This document shows positions 41,000 through 56,300 of a stretch of DNA of 64,000 bases, piece by piece. A program made the translations under genes and the position numbers. The stretch is from Paramecium tetraurelia (lineage: Eukaryota), in NCBI GenBank assembly GCA_000165425.1, contig CT868096.1, positions 702,601 through 766,600 on the forward strand, read 5' to 3'. The notes beneath the pieces were generated by a model. It saw nothing but the letters and a program-made list of their open reading frames with translations, was not told the origin of the DNA and made no database searches. How positions within the stretch are numbered: the first letter of the stretch is position 1; each line of letters begins with the position of its first letter.

Positions 41000-42693
41000 A
41001 TGAATTATAAATTAACAGAGCCTCTTTAAGGTCAAGATCAACAACCTGATATAGTTGGTGAATTCATAACTCCAAAAGGCAAAAGAAGAGTTTTGCATGG
41101 ATTTTCTAATTAAATAATTGTTGCTAACAAGAACAAATTCATTTCTTTATCATTTGAAACCAAATTTTAGTTATTAAGAGAATCATGCGAGGAGAAGTTT
41201 AAAGTCGGAAAACCACTAGGATTATTGATTGAAAGGGAAAATGTCGAGCATAAGATAAAATTATTTTCAGATGATACTTAACTTCTAAAAAGATGGAGAG
41301 ATTATTTAGCAAGACATATAAATTAAAGAGCATTTCATGAAAGTTTTAAGGCTCATCGAAAGATTGGGAAGGGTAATTTTGCCTCAGTGTATTTGGCTGA
41401 TCGTTTGGAGGATGAAAGAAGTTTTGCAATTAAAGCATTTTCAAAAGAAGTAGCCTATGGTTAGGATAAAGGAAAAGTAAATATGAATTAAAATAATTTA
41501 GATGTCTATTTTGAATGAAATATAAGTCATGAGAAAATTTGATAGTCATGCCTTAATAAAACTACATGAAGTTTATGAAACTGAAAATTCTTTATACATG
41601 GTACTTGATTTACTGGAAGGAGGATCTTTGTATGATAAGGTAAAGAATAGGCCATAGTTTAATTCATTCGAAATTGAATTGCTTATGTTTACGTTATTAG
41701 AAGGATTATAACACATGCATTCAAAACATATAATGCATAGAGATTTAAAACCAGAGAATATTTTGTTTAGAAAACCAAAGTAATCACTAACCTTTATGAT
41801 TTATTAGCAATATATAGTCTGTTTGTATTGCCGATTTTGGGTTGGCTTAAAATGCAAATGAATTTCCATATTTGTTTAATAGATGCGGAACACCAGGATT
41901 TGTAGCTCCAGAAGTTGTGAATTGTAAGGATGGAGGAAGATATGATCCAATATGTGATGTTTATAGTTTAGGCTTAATTTTCTACATACTGTAACTATTT
42001 CTGTTATATTATAAGGTTAACTGGCAAACCTGCATTTCCTGGAAAAAGCTATAATGATGTATTGGCAAAAAACAGAAAATGCGAAATATTATTCGATGGG
42101 GCCTTATTTGAGAATGTTCCATAACAAGCATATGATTTATTAAGAAAGATGTTAGAAAAAGAGCCAAATAAAAGAATAACTGCTTAGTAGGCTCTTGGGC
42201 ATTCCTACTTTGGTCGAAGGTTGAAATAGGTAGATGATAATGAAGAGACGACATTAAAAGTATAAGAGGAGCATTTAAAATTTGATAAATAGAGATTAAC
42301 ATAGTTAAGCAATTCACCACTTAATTCTCCTTTGATAGCTGCTTCATCTAGATTAAGGAAGGATTATTCAAATGATAGTTTATATTAAAACAGTCCTTTA
42401 TTAAATGGACACACCGATTAGATAGGTAATATGATTTAATATTTTAAGATTCTCCTTTAAATAATGGATTTAATAGCCCATCTGCTTAGGGTAGATAATT
42501 GAATAGGGCTGATTAATAATAATAATAAAAGCCATCTAGATTTAGAGATTTCGATGGAAACAATACTAATGGCCAAGGAAGTAATACAAATTCTAATTCC
42601 AAACCTTTTAGTCTAAATTAAAATCCTTTACATAAATACGCAATAAGAAATGAAATGGTCAGGTAGTAAAATAACTAAGAATAGAAGCATTGA
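41000..42693 (+). CDS. Ser/Thr protein kinase (CAMK-like) with N-terminal PH-like region
   Basis: IGKGNFASVYLA, AIKAFSK, MHRDLKPENILF, IADFGLA, RCGTPGFVAPE, DVYSLG. Confidence 0.93.
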
Positions 42694-42798
42694 AAAAAAG
42701 AGATTTGAAAATATTTTTTATCATTCTAAAATATCATATTATATTTACATAATATTGAGATTCTTAAATTAATTATTTATTGTTATAAGATCATTTGA

Positions 42799-43269
42799 AT
42801 GCAGAGTAATAAAAAAATAGAATAGAATTTTAATGAACTGTTGTTCCTTCCACATATTAATAGCAAATCTATTGCGATTAATGAATCAATGAGAAGATAA
42901 TTGAGTTTATAATGCAAAGATAACTTTTTGTAATTTCTTGTTGTCTAGAAGGCAGGAAAGGTAAAAATGGTTTGAAATAGGCCTGGTGACGTAGTATTTC
43001 TAGAAAAGTTGAAATAATAATATCGATCCGAATTCAAGACTAAGCCTTTACAGATACCAAAATCACATATTCCATATTTAAAAGTAAAAGAAGAAAACGA
43101 TAAATAACTGAAAAAATAAGCATACCTGGTCTTAAGTGGTCGCAAAGTGAGATAGCAAACACCCTTGGATGAATTTATTAAAAAAAGACATGAAAAGAGT
43201 TTAAATTAGACTGCTTCTCTAGCTGATGGATTGCATGCAAAATCTAAACTTGATATATTTAACATATGA
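42799..43269 (+). CDS. Hypothetical protein
   Basis: ATG 42799 and a coding-like frame to TGA 43267-43269; needs two short introns near 42930-42980 to bypass a TGA. Confidence 0.45.
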
Positions 43270-44243
43270 AATTTTAAATAAAATGACTTGCAGTATTGAT
43301 ATAAATTAGTTTATTGTTCTTATATCTATTTCCAAGAAGTAATAGGAAACATCATAAGGAACTAAATGATTAATCAAAGGAACATGCTGCTTCAAAATTT
43401 CAAGCAGTATTTAAGTTTATAAATGCTAACATTTGATTAGGACACTCGTGTAAGATATATGCTCAAACTTTAAAGTATTTGAAGCTCTTTTTATAATTAA
43501 AACAGAATAAATATATGAAAATCTTAACGGATGATTCAATCAAAGAAAAGGTTAGCTACTTTTAAGACATGAATCCCAAAAATAATCTCAATTTAAATAC
43601 AATTTCAGAAAATATTCAATGTGATTGGATCTTTTATGATAATTTAAAAGTCAAGATAAAAGTACATATAAAACTATCAAATTAGTGATGATAAAGGAAG
43701 ATAAAGAGTATGAAGAATAAAGGAGAATAAATAGCATAGGAACTTATTCTTGTTAAAAAACAGATAAAAATTAAACATCAAAATTATTTCTAATTATTTA
43801 CAATAATTTTTTTAGATATAAAAATTTCTTAAACTATGCTTCAAATGTGAGAAAAAATAAATCTTAAAGATGTTGTAGATTAATAGCTATAATTTAAGAT
43901 AGTTCCAGAAAAAATAACTGTTTTTGAAATGAATCATAATAAATCATATTGTCAATTCAGAGATATTTAGTTAGCAATAATGCTAAAATTTAGAATCAAA
44001 AAGGACAATTTCAACTTAGATATGTGAAGAGTTTTAAAATAATGATTAATCTAATATGGATATGCTTAAAAGAACATAAAATTGGAGTGAAAAAAAAAGT
44101 ATAAATAAATAATTTGCCTTTCTTTTGATATAATAATCTGATCTTTATTGATGAATCTAGATTTTAGATTATATATCAATTTTCTTTTACTTTGTATAAT
44201 ACTTGTTTTAATTAAATTTCATTTATTCATTATTATAAATTAA

Positions 44244-44888
44244 ATGTTAAACTTTAAGAATATTTACAAATTATTTATTTAAGCAAAACCCACACCAAAC
44301 CCAAATTTTTTGAAATTCATTCCAGGTGGAAAGTAAGTTATGCTCAATGGAACCTATGATTTTACAAGACCAAGGGAAGCAAAATGTTCACCTTTAGCAT
44401 AAAAATTATTTCTGATTGATGGAGTTACTAGAGTTTTTTATGGAAAGGATTACATTTCTATTGCAAAAAAGGAAGAAAGTAGATGGGAAGAGATAAAACC
44501 CTAAATTTTTGAACACATAATGGAACATTATTAATTAGATTCAGATGGATAAGAGAAAAAATTGATTATTGATGGTTATTAAGAAAATCAAGATACTTAA
44601 ATAAATGAAGATGATTCAGAAGTACTCTAAATATTAAAATAGGTTGTTTAACTAATTAAAGAAATAATTGATACTCGTATTAGACCTACTGTGTAAGAGG
44701 ATGGAGGAGATATTGTCTTTCGAGATTTCGATGAGAAGAGTGGAATTGTTCAATTGTACATGAAAGGTTCTTGTGCAGGTTGTCCTTCATCATCTGTGAC
44801 TTTGAAAAATGGAATCGAAAGAATGTTGTGTCATTATGTTGCTGAAGTCAAAGAAGTGGTTGCAGAAGATTATAATGGTTCTGATTGA
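44244..44888 (+). CDS. NFU1: NFU1 iron-sulfur cluster carrier, mitochondrial
   Basis: FIQAKPTPNPNFLKF, SPLAQKLF..GVTRVFYGKDYISI, IRPTVQEDGGDI..MKGSCAGCPSSSVTLKNGIERML. Confidence 0.95.
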
Positions 44889-44916
44889 GTAATAAGATGC
44901 TTTTAGTTTAAATCAA

Positions 44917-47383
44917 TCAATCATCATCTGATTTGTATTCTTCTTCTTCCTCATTCATTTCATCAATTTGATCATCATTAATTTAATTGCTATACAAGTT
45001 TTTCAAATCTAAGGCATCATCCTTTTCATCAAACAATAATTAAAATCTATTATTTTCCAACAGATTATCATAAAATAATAGATGTTTTTTATTTGGAGGC
45101 CATGCTGATGATTCAGGTGGTGGTACCAAAGTATCAATAGATAATCTCATTATAATTTGATATAAAGTTACCTAAAGGCATTTTCAACCATGGCTGGTAT
45201 TATTCTACCTAATAATGGTGAACTTAATTCTAAACAAGGATTTGTATTTATTTCAATTAGATAAGGTTTAAATTTTTCATCAATCATAAAATCTAATCCA
45301 AAAATTTCAAAGTTATAATTCTTTTTGAATGGTTCAATCTTATGATATACTGATTTAATAGCATTTAATGTTATGACTTTTAATTAAGGGTACAAATCTT
45401 TATAAAAGTCGAAATGATCATTATTATGCCATTTATCTAGATACCTTTAAAATTCAGCAAAGGATAGTTTATTTCCATTTTCATATTTTCCATATGCTTC
45501 ACTATATTTCTAAATGGCATCATTAGTTAAATGAACATACTAATTACTTACATCTTTTATGTCAAACTCTTCACTCGAAGTTCTTAAATATCCTTCTTCA
45601 TACCAATAGGCTCTGATTACATTATTTAGTTAGGTTATCAGAAAATAGCATCGAATATCAAATTTTCTTTTATTGTATAGAAAAGGTTTCTCAATATACT
45701 TTTGAATCAAATAAGTAAAAGGTTTCCCATTAGGGTGGTTTTATCTTTTACTGACAATTCTATGTATTTCATTTAAATTTTGGCAGACTATAATTCCATT
45801 TCCTCTATTTGTGAATTCTCCAGGCTTTACTATCCATATACCGTTTCCCTTCCTTATAAATAATTAAATATACTTTTCTTTATAATATTCCAAAAATTAC
45901 AAGTATGACTTATCCTTAACTCCTGAGACATGGAATGTAACGGGTAGATGTTAAAATAGATCTTATTTTGTTAACTCATAAAACTTTTTCATGTTGTGGA
46001 ACATTGCTTTTTTATTTCCTAAGTGATAATTCCTTTCAATATGATTGTGAATCTAAGCTTATATTAAAGAGATACTTTATGAAAATTGTCAATGATTTTA
46101 AATTCCTTTTTTTCTGCATATTTTTAAAAGTCTTAAATCGACTTATCAATGTTCTTAAGTTCACAGATATCTTAATCATTCATCAGTTTTTGTAAAGGAT
46201 CATCGAATTTACCGAATCTTGTAGATTTTTTTAATGATTTGGGAGATTAAGGTTTTTTCATTCTTTTTAATTCTGTTGATGTAGTAGATAATGATTTTTA
46301 ACGAGTTAAGACTGATTCCTTACTCCATTCTTATAGATTCATAAATTAAGGTACCTTGATTTAAGTCCAAATAAAATTTAATTCCTTATTATCGGCTTCT
46401 TAATTTAATGTCCACCACCATCTTTATTTAAAAGTTTCTTTAATGAGTAAACTGTTGTTTCCTTTGCCAACTTTAAATTTTAATTCGATTAAATTGTTTG
46501 ATGGAACCACATAAAAATTACTCTATGCAGAAACCATAAATAAGAAGTGATGGTAGCTGAACAATTTTGTTTAAAATAGTTGATCTCTACTCAAATTTGA
46601 ATATTCATTTAATGAAAATCGAAAATTTTGATTTATTTTCATGTTTGATTATGAAACATTTTTTATCTTGCTTTATGGAGATTCCCTTCTTTTTTGTACT
46701 GAACGAGTTGTGGTTTCCCTTTTTTCTATTGAAGTTTTTATGGATTCTCTTTCCTTTTCTAAAGAATATGCTTTAGTCCTAAAAGCCTATTGTTCTTATT
46801 ATTTCGATGCTTTGATTTGCAGTCCCATAATTTAAATGAGATTATCATTATCAAAATCATTTTATTTACATTAGAACCCTCTTAAAATAGTGCTTAAAAG
46901 AGTTTTAGTTTTCGAGGTCTCCTTGAACCTTGTATAAGATTTTTTAAGGTCGATTATGTTTGTTTTCTTTTCTTCAACAAGATCCATATGTACTCCTTAT
47001 AAGTTATTTTATAAATTTGAAAGTTTGTCTATTTTTGAGACAATTGAATCTTCATTCTTTGAATCTGGATATACTATACTTATTGTTGCTTCCTTGTAAT
47101 GTGATCCCCTTCTCTACTCTTAGATATAGCATTTAATATTACATTCATTTTATTGTTTTTTAACTGCTTATAATGCTCTTGGCAAAGAGATGTGTCTTTA
47201 ATCGTGTTATCTTTTAGAATAGTATTGTTCAACATTAAACCTATTTAATTTGTTTCGTTATAATTAATTATTTTTGTAAGAAGATCTCGAAACAAATGCG
47301 CTCATAGGATGTACAAGAGTTGGATTGTAAATAGTCTAGAATTACGGAGTGTGTGGAAAAATGGCTAAATCCTCCCTATTCAT
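44917..47383 (-). CDS. Tubulin-tyrosine ligase-like (TTLL) enzyme
   Basis: IWIVKPGEFTNRGNGI, LIQKYIEKPFLYNKRKFDIR, EGYLRTSS, VHLTNDAIQK, FEIFGLDFMID..LIEINTNPCL. Confidence 0.9.
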
Positions 47384-47709
47384 TTATTATTTAGAATATT
47401 TATATATATATATAATTACAACAATTTTCCTTTATATTCGTTATAACTTTATTTATGAGTTAAGTGCTCGAAAAGGATAAATAACCATTTTGAGATTAGG
47501 ATACCAATATGATAAAAGGTCTACTGCAATTTTCGGAAGAATTAGATTTTAATATAGTTGCTCAAAGCTAGTGAATAGGTATAAGGATTACTAATTATCT
47601 ATTAAAATAAATCTTAAAAATCTTACTAATAATTTTTACATCTTTAAGCAGAAATAGCTAATATTATTTCTAAAACATTAAATATTTTGTAGTATATCAT
47701 ATAATTCTT

Positions 47710-50700
47710 ATGAGTGAAATTAATCCACAAAAAAAACAACACGAAACAGAATTGGCTTTACAAAATAAAGATAGCGATAGAAATAATTAAATAAATACTG
47801 TTTTCAATGATCAACAGGATGAGCAAGTGCAAGAAGAATAACCATTAAATCAATAGGAATAATAAGAAGAACCTTCAATGGCTTCAATTCCTGAAGAAGA
47901 AGAAGAAATGTTTTATCCTTACTATCATGGTTAGAATAGTTGGTTAATTTCTAAGTTGGCTTTCTTTCATCTCACATCGTACTAATTATTTTTGAAGAAA
48001 CATGTATTGGATAAAGGACATAAAATTGCAGAAAAGCATTTACCAAAATTATCTCCTTGGGAGGACCTGTAAGAAACAGTAAAATAATGTTAAACTGCAG
48101 TAAAATAACAAAAGGTGGTTACTTGTGGGAGCTTGGTAAAAATAATATTTTTTGGTTAATTAAAGTGGGTATGTATTGGATGCTTTATTGGATATGTTAT
48201 AGAAGCTATAGGAAGGAATGTATTATCAATAATAATGAGCAAAGTGATTACGAGTGCTGCTCAAAATGAAAGGGATAGCGCGTATAATTATGCAATCTTA
48301 TTGGTATTTCTAAATTTAATCTGTGTTTTTTCAAGGCATCATGGTTACAATCTATCTATGGTTTTTTCATCAAAAGCAAGAATGGCTCTAATCAATTTAG
48401 TTTACATTAAACTAACTGAATTGAGTGCCTATTCCATAAAAGAGGCAAACATAGGCAAAATTTTAAATTTGGTTTCTGGCGATATCAATTATCTTGAGTT
48501 TGTTTTTATTATGATATTCCAAACCAGTGTATGCTTTATTTCAATGATTTTTGGATCCTACATCCTTTGGGATAGATTTAATGGCCCAATTGGAATGATA
48601 GCTCTTGCCATCATTTTCGTTGCGTATCCTATTTAAATAATTCTACAATCTTTTAATTCGGAAACTTTGAAGACTTCTAAACAATATTAGGATCAAAGAT
48701 TGAAACTGACTAATGAACTTATTGAAGGTATACGACTTATTAAAATGTATGCCTGGGAACAAGCATTCAATAAGATGATATCTATTATGAGAAAGGAGGA
48801 ATACTATTGTTTATTGAAAATCAATTTTAGAACAGTCACAGATAGATTATTTAGTTTAATTTCTTAAGTTTGGTCTAGTTTTGTGTTTTTTATTATCTTA
48901 TATTATGGAGGCTATAGAAAGACTATGAGTGTAGCAGAAATGATTTCAACCATTCAATTGCTTACATTTTTTAAAATCAGTTGTGTCTTTATGGTTTCCT
49001 ATGGAATTTAATCAATCATCCACATAAAGGTGTCATTTACAAGAATAGCTACTGTTTTAAATATTTTAAATTCAGAAATGACTAATTTGGATCAAATTCA
49101 ATTGAAATCAGACAATAATAATAAGGAATAATCTTCAAATTATCATGGTCCAAGAATCCAACTTAAGAATTTTTCTTCATTTTGGACAGGCAAAGTTACA
49201 GAAACTACAAAGCCAGTTCTTAAGAATTTAACACTTGATATTTAAGCAGGAGAGGCATGGGCTTTTATTGGAAGAGTAGGTTCTGGAAAGTCTACTCTCC
49301 TTAGTGCTTTTTTGTATGAGATTCCTGCTTATAAAGGGTCATTCAAAATTGATGGTTAAGAAGCAAACAAAGGAGATTTAACTTTAGCGTATGTTGAATA
49401 AGAACCTTTTATCTTTCCTGACACAATAAGAAGAAATATCTTGTTTGGTAGACCATATGATAAGGTATTATATTAAAAAGTATTGCATGCTTCATAATTA
49501 GAAGCGGATTTAACTTAGATGAAATATTAGGATCATACAGAAATTGGAGAAAGAGGCACTACTCTCTCTGGAGGTTAAAAAGCTCGTTTGTCTTTGGCTA
49601 GAGCTCTATATCAATAAGCAGACTTATATTTGTTTGATGATCCGTTATCAGCTGTAGATGCCAGTGTTGCCAAAAATATATTTCATATGGCTATCAAAGA
49701 ATTCATATTTTAGTTTCAAGTATAGAGGAACCCATAAAAGAAAAAACCAATTGTTATTTTGGTTACACATTAAGTTTAGTATGCAGTTGAGTGCGATAAA
49801 ATTGCCATATTAAATGACGGAGAATTAATTGCTTAAGGTTGCTATGATGATATCAAATAAAGTCTTTATATGATAAATGATGAATTAGCTTAATAGTTAA
49901 GCAACACTAAGGAATTGAAAAAATAAGAGTTTTTACGACCATCGTTCTAAAAGAGAGTAAAAATTAGAAATTCTGTTGCTAATAATCTAATTGGTAAAGA
50001 GGCTGATTAATAATAATTGATCACAATCAAAACCTACATTAGATATTATAAATTTTGGAATATTATAGTCATTATAATTGTGTTATGTTTAGAAGTTGGT
50101 TCTGAAGTTTGCAATAACTTTTATTAAAGAATCATTTCACTTTTTGAACAATACTAATAAGAAAACGATATAGACACTGCCTATTATCAGTTAGGAATGC
50201 TAACCTTAGGACTAATTCTTATAAATCTAATAAAATACATATTGAATACATATTCAGTTTTATCTTCTACTTAGAAAATACATTAGCAAATGCTTAAATC
50301 CTTAACGTCAGCACCGATTTCATATTTTGATGTTAATCCATCTGGAAGAATAATCAACAGATTTTCAAATGATTTATCATTATGTGATAATCAAACCAAT
50401 ACTGTTAGTTTGGATGTCTTGGAAATTATGGGTAATTTTTTATTTGCACTTGTAACTTTGGCAATATTATAACCATACTTTTTGATTATGATCCTATTTA
50501 TTATCATTATTGATTATTATTAGTTTAGCTATTCCAAGAAGATTATCAGTTAACTTAAAGAGGTTGAATTAATGTAAAGAAGCCCCTTATTTGATTTTCT
50601 AAAGAAAACCTTAGGAGGAGTAATATAAGTTAGAGTGTATGAACAATAGGAATGGTTTAGAAAATAGTTCTTAGATATTTCTAATAAATGCAATCTTAAT

Positions 50701-51813
50701 TCACTTACTTATTACTACTCTTCAAGAGCTTTTGGCTTTAATTTGGATCTTGTAGGATTTATAGCTTAGACAGTTGGAATATTTATTTTTTTAAAACTAG
50801 ATTTGAACGACGTTGCAGTATTGTCTTAAGGATTGCTTCTTTTGATTACCTATAATGACGGTTTACAATGGGGGTTAAGGCAATTAATTACCTTTGAAAC
50901 TTAAATGAACTCATATAATAGAATGTTTTAGATTATTGATATAGTACCAGAGGCTCCTCATTATACAAAAGAAGATGAAAAATATCCTGATTTTCCAAAA
51001 GATGGTAGAGTTAAATTTGACAATGTGTTTATGAGATACAGATAGAATTGTGATTTAGTTTTGAAAGGATTGTCATTTGAAATTTAATCTGGTGAAAAGA
51101 TTGGCTGTGTTGGAAGAACAGGAGCAGGAAAATCCTCTATTTTGTAAGTTATTTTCAGAATGTCTGAAATTGAAAGTGATAAAGAATCTACATTATAAAT
51201 TTCAGACATAGATATTAGAAAATTAGGATTGCATAAATTAAGAAGCAACATTGGAATCATTCCCTAATCACCATTCTTATTTACAGGAACTATTAGGAGA
51301 AACCTAGATCCTTTTGAAAATTTCACTGACGAATAATTATGGAAGGCACTAGAACAAACAGATCTTATAAATCATGTTAAGGCGTTTTAAAGTGGTCTAT
51401 AAACAGATATGAGTGATGTTAATTCGGTTTTTTCTGTTGGCTAAAAACAATTAATTTGTTTAGCTAGAATAATATTACAGTAGAAAAAAATTATTGTTTT
51501 GGATGAGGCAACAGCCAATGTTGATATGAAGACGGATGATTTCATATAAGACACACTAAAGAAGAAGTTTTCAGATTGTACATTAATCACTATTGCTCAT
51601 AGATTAAACACAATTGCTGATTACGACAAAGTTATGGTTGTAAGTGAAGGGTAAGTAATTGAATTTGATACTCCATTTAATTTATTAGCCAATTCAATTA
51701 AGTCCACAACTGTAGATAAATCAACAGAGTTTTCCAGATTGGTTAAAAACACTGGTGATTAAAATTCTTAAGCCATTTTTGATATTGCTAAATAAAAGCA
51801 AATCAGAATGTGA
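47710..51813 (+). CDS. ABCC (MRP/ABCC4-like) full transporter, apparently intronless
   Basis: [96 protein letters not shown]. Confidence 0.95.
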
Positions 51814-51835
51814 TTTTATTTATTTGATTTTACAG

Positions 51836-52976
51836 TCATTCAATTCTTGTAATATTTTTATCTCCATTTGCTTAATCTAAATATATCTAGAAGTAAATCT
51901 TTAAAATTCATTTATATTATTATGTTGATCTTAAAAAATGAAAAGAAAAGGTATTATAACAATGTTATATCTATCATATTTATAATTTCATCAGAGTTCA
52001 AAGACTAGATCTTCGTGATCTTAAACCTTTCCAATTTATTGAAATTAAATCTATCTTAGTTGTTGATACATACATAATTTGAAGATGTTTACAGTTCATC
52101 CTTAACTTATTCCAAAAATTCATTATGATGAAAATATTAATTATTCATTTTTTTATTTAATTCTTCCTTTAAGAATGGGTAAGCTGGTTAAAATTAATCT
52201 TATTTCATTAGAGTATTTAATTATCTAGATAAAACTAAAAATTAATTCTGCTATTACTAATTATATTTAATAAACTCAACAAGAGAAGTTATTTGATTGC
52301 GTGTAGTAATATAATTATCATGCATTTTTTTTCTTATTGCTTCCAACTCTTAATTTCTTCTTTTAATTTCCTCCTTTTATTTCTATTCTTGATACTCCAA
52401 TTAATTTTAGTCAATTTAATCTTATACTTTGCTCGGACTTATTTTTATATCATCAATTGGATTCAATGATGAAATTGGACGAGGTTGAATGTGAGAATGT
52501 TCAGTATTGAAAACAAAAGACTTTGACAAAGTATTCGGTACAATTAACACTTAAGTATTCATATTTTTATTAGTTTAAGGTTCTTAAGAGTAGGCTTAGA
52601 TTTTTGGTAATTTTAATGGAACAATTAAACTATCATTTTGCTAGGATTTACTTAATTCTTTAATTCGCTTTTTGTCTTCAGCTATCATCTTATTATAATT
52701 ATAAATATCCTATTCCAACTTTTATTGTTGTAGCTTTTGTCTTTTTTCTAAATCTTAATTGTCCAATATTGAATGAATTTAGAATCTTGATCTTGGTTAT
52801 CTTAAATAATCAAAGCAAATTTACTAGAACAGGAATTGATCCTTGACATTATCTAAAATTCTATCTTCTTTATTTCTTTCCTCCTTTTGTTTTATTTGGT
52901 TTTCTAAATACAAAGCATATTCCCTTTTATCTATTTGATTTCTTGGATTATAAGCACTTTCAAACCTCCTTCTCAT
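51836..52976 (-). CDS. Hypothetical Q/E/K-rich coiled-coil protein
   Basis: ATG 52976 (MRRRFESAYNPRNQ..), long Gln-rich frame; 3' end approximate. Confidence 0.55.
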
Positions 52977-53397
52977 TATAAATTAATAAATTACAATAAA
53001 ATTAATTACTTTAGTAGATGTAGAAGGAAAATAACATTTCAATATAAATATGATTAATCACTAACTAGAATATATTCTCAGAATAAAAACTGACGAAATG
53101 ATTTGCCATTTAAATTTTAAAGAATTTATAATAACATATATGTTTTTATAATTGGGTGATATATTCTCTAAATGATTAAATTATTATTTATTTACTTTTT
53201 CAAAATATTCTAGACATATATCAATTAATTATATCTAACTATTTCTATAGGTCTTTATTTAATCTTGAATCACTAAATTCACTTTCTCAAAATTTAGGTA
53301 TTTATAATAAATGAATTGTTTACCAAATAATTAAAGAAAAAATATTAATGAAAGGTAAATAATTAAAAATTAAAATATGTATTTAATATATATTAAT

Positions 53398-56300
53398 TCA
53401 CCAAAAGATGCAGAAAAAAGCCATGATCGCTCTTAATCTATTTCCAAAATCAAATTGATTATCTCCCATATTATTCAACAAATTTTAGTTTAGCCCTACT
53501 ATTTGCTATGAAGCAAAGAAGGCAAAGATTTAATCTAAGCTTGGTTAGTAAATTGAAAAATCTGTAATCAGTAATTATTTTTATTTAAGTTCTACTTATA
53601 AGTACTAGAAGAGATTGGATAACTTGAAATAGCCTGCTGGAATTTAATAGGATAAATAACTAAAAAATATTGAATAATATAATACTTTTCTCTGTATTCA
53701 AAAACAGGTTGTAACTGGAATTGCTGTGACAATTATAGCCATATGGTTTGATGCACTTGTTCTTTTCTACCGATATTACATTTCACACTAAATCTAGCTT
53801 GCTCTCCTAACTAGGCTCTTAATTCATTTATAGTTCCTTAAGTAATTAAGAATCCATTGACCATAATACCAATCCTATTACAAATACTTTGAGCCTCTTA
53901 TAATGAATGAGTAGTCAATAGAACTGAAGCATCATTGTTGATGGTAGATTACAATAGTATCTATTGTATAATCCTTCTAGATTTCGGATCCAACCCAGTA
54001 GTAGGTTCATCCATAAACAGCCTATTTGAGCCTCCAATCAATGCTATTCCTATTTGCACCTTTCTTCTTTCCCCTCCACTCAAGTACTCTACTTTTCTGT
54101 CTTTTATGTCATACATGTCAAGAGCCTTCAAATAAACTTCAATAGCATTTTGCAAGTTCTCTTAACCTTTCAAAGCTCCATAAATGCTGAGATGTTAATA
54201 TACAGTAAGAGTAGGATAGAATGGGCAAAATTATGGTACTAACCCAAGATTGGACTCAGCATCTCTAACTCTTACTTAACCTGTTGTAGGCTGATCAAAC
54301 TTACTGATCATATTAAAGGTAGTTGATTTTCCAGCACCATTTGGTCCAAGTAATCCATAGATTTCTTTTTATTTAACTTGGAATGATAGTTTGTGAACTG
54401 TCTCAACTACTCCAACTTTCTTTGTTAATTCTTACACATCAATGACAGCATCAGTATCACTCATGTCTGGTTGAATTTACTTAAATTACCCTTTGTCAAG
54501 TTATTATAGGATTAAATAGTAGACAATTCCTCCTAGAATTAGATATAAAATGCAAGAGAAATAACTAAAAATAGCTCCATTCAATAAAATGGGGCTCATT
54601 GCAAAACCCATATAACAAGCTGAATATGGTGATAATACCATCAACAACATTGAAAACATATTTAAACCCAAAGAACATGAAGGTTGAGCAGTGTATAGCA
54701 TGAATATGAAAAACAACAGGAAAAATACAAAAAATTATAGTAATGGAGCACCTACATACACTCGTTGTGAATTTCCTTAGAAAACAGCTATGCAATTAGC
54801 AAAACAGCTCAATGAGACTCCGAAAACTGTTATTAAGAGGAAGACTCCAAAAATATGCTATCCAAAATGTCCAACATCATAGATATACAATAGAACTGCT
54901 GTGAAAAGACCTTCAATAATTGATGGCACTATATCAGTGAGGACATTACTCAACCAATAGGTGTGTATTTGGACTCCACTTGCATACATATACTATTTAA
55001 TCTTGGTATCTTTATCATCTAATTGAATCATTACATATAAAGTAGAGGTGAGAGCCTTAATTGTCAAATACAAGAAGACAAATAAAAAGGATGATTACAA
55101 ACCAAATATGACGGCTATATAGATAAATGGTAATGGGAATAAATATTTCCACTATTTGTCTGTGGAACTAAGCAAAAGCAATAGTTTTCTCTAGGCTAAG
55201 CTAAACAATTAAGCTTTGAAATCTATCTTTGGTTTCTATTAAAACACTCTCTAAGCATTCAAATCAATATTCTAGGTTCCATATTAATAATCAATTGCAA
55301 GATATGAATCTTCAAGAGAATTTAATTAAAGCGAGAATTTACTTTGTGAGTTCTCTTCTAGATAATTTAAAAGCTCATGAAATAAATGGATTTTATTGAC
55401 TGGTAATACACTCTTTAAGGAATTTGGAGCAGATTAAATTACTGGAGTGTAACTGTCAATTTTTTAGAGTTAAGCTTAAATTCTTGGTTTCTCTAATAAT
55501 AATTAATTCTAATCCTAAAAGTCCATTTGTAAATGATAACCTACTCCAAAGTTAAGTTTTATAAAATCAGGAGTTCCTTAGGTTACAATTTATCCGTTCA
55601 TCAGAATTCCAACTCTAGAGGCTAATTCATCAGCTTCTTCCATATGATGAGTAGTCATTATGATTACTCGATGTAATCTCATTTATTTAATGACATCCCA
55701 AATTTATTATCTTGTCAATGCATCCATTCCTGATGATGGTTCATCCAAGAACACTATTTTAGAATTCCCAATTAGAGATATTGCCAAACTTAATTTTCTC
55801 TTATTTCCACCACTCAAATGATCTGCCTTGGTGTTGGCTTCATTTAGTAATTGACAGACTTATAAGATATAATTTATTTATTGTTGTAATTCTTAATCTA
55901 AAATGCCCCTCAATTATCCGTAGAATTTCAAATGCTCATAAACATTTAGTTCTGAATAAAGGACATCTTTTTATAAACATATTCCAATTTGATTCTTGAA
56001 TTGCTTATTATCTATACTCTATCCTAAGATGTTGATTTTCCCTTTAGTTTTTTCTTATAATCCAGATAATATACTAATTAAAGTAGATTTGCCAGCTCCA
56101 TTTGGTCCCAATAGACAATAAATTTCATTTTAATATATCTCCATATTGAGTGACTTGAGAATATATTGATTTTCAATCTTCTTCCACATATTTTCTACTT
56201 AGATATATGGTTATCCTTGATTTTCGACAAGTTAATCTTAAATATTCAGCATAGGTTTGTAAAGTTAATATGGCTCTGCATCTTAATTATTAACATTTGG

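Noticed and set aside
44286..44306. CCCACACCAAACCCAAA resembling Paramecium telomeric C3-4A2-3 repeats
   Set aside because: Encodes the conserved PTPNP motif of NFU1; not a tandem telomere array.
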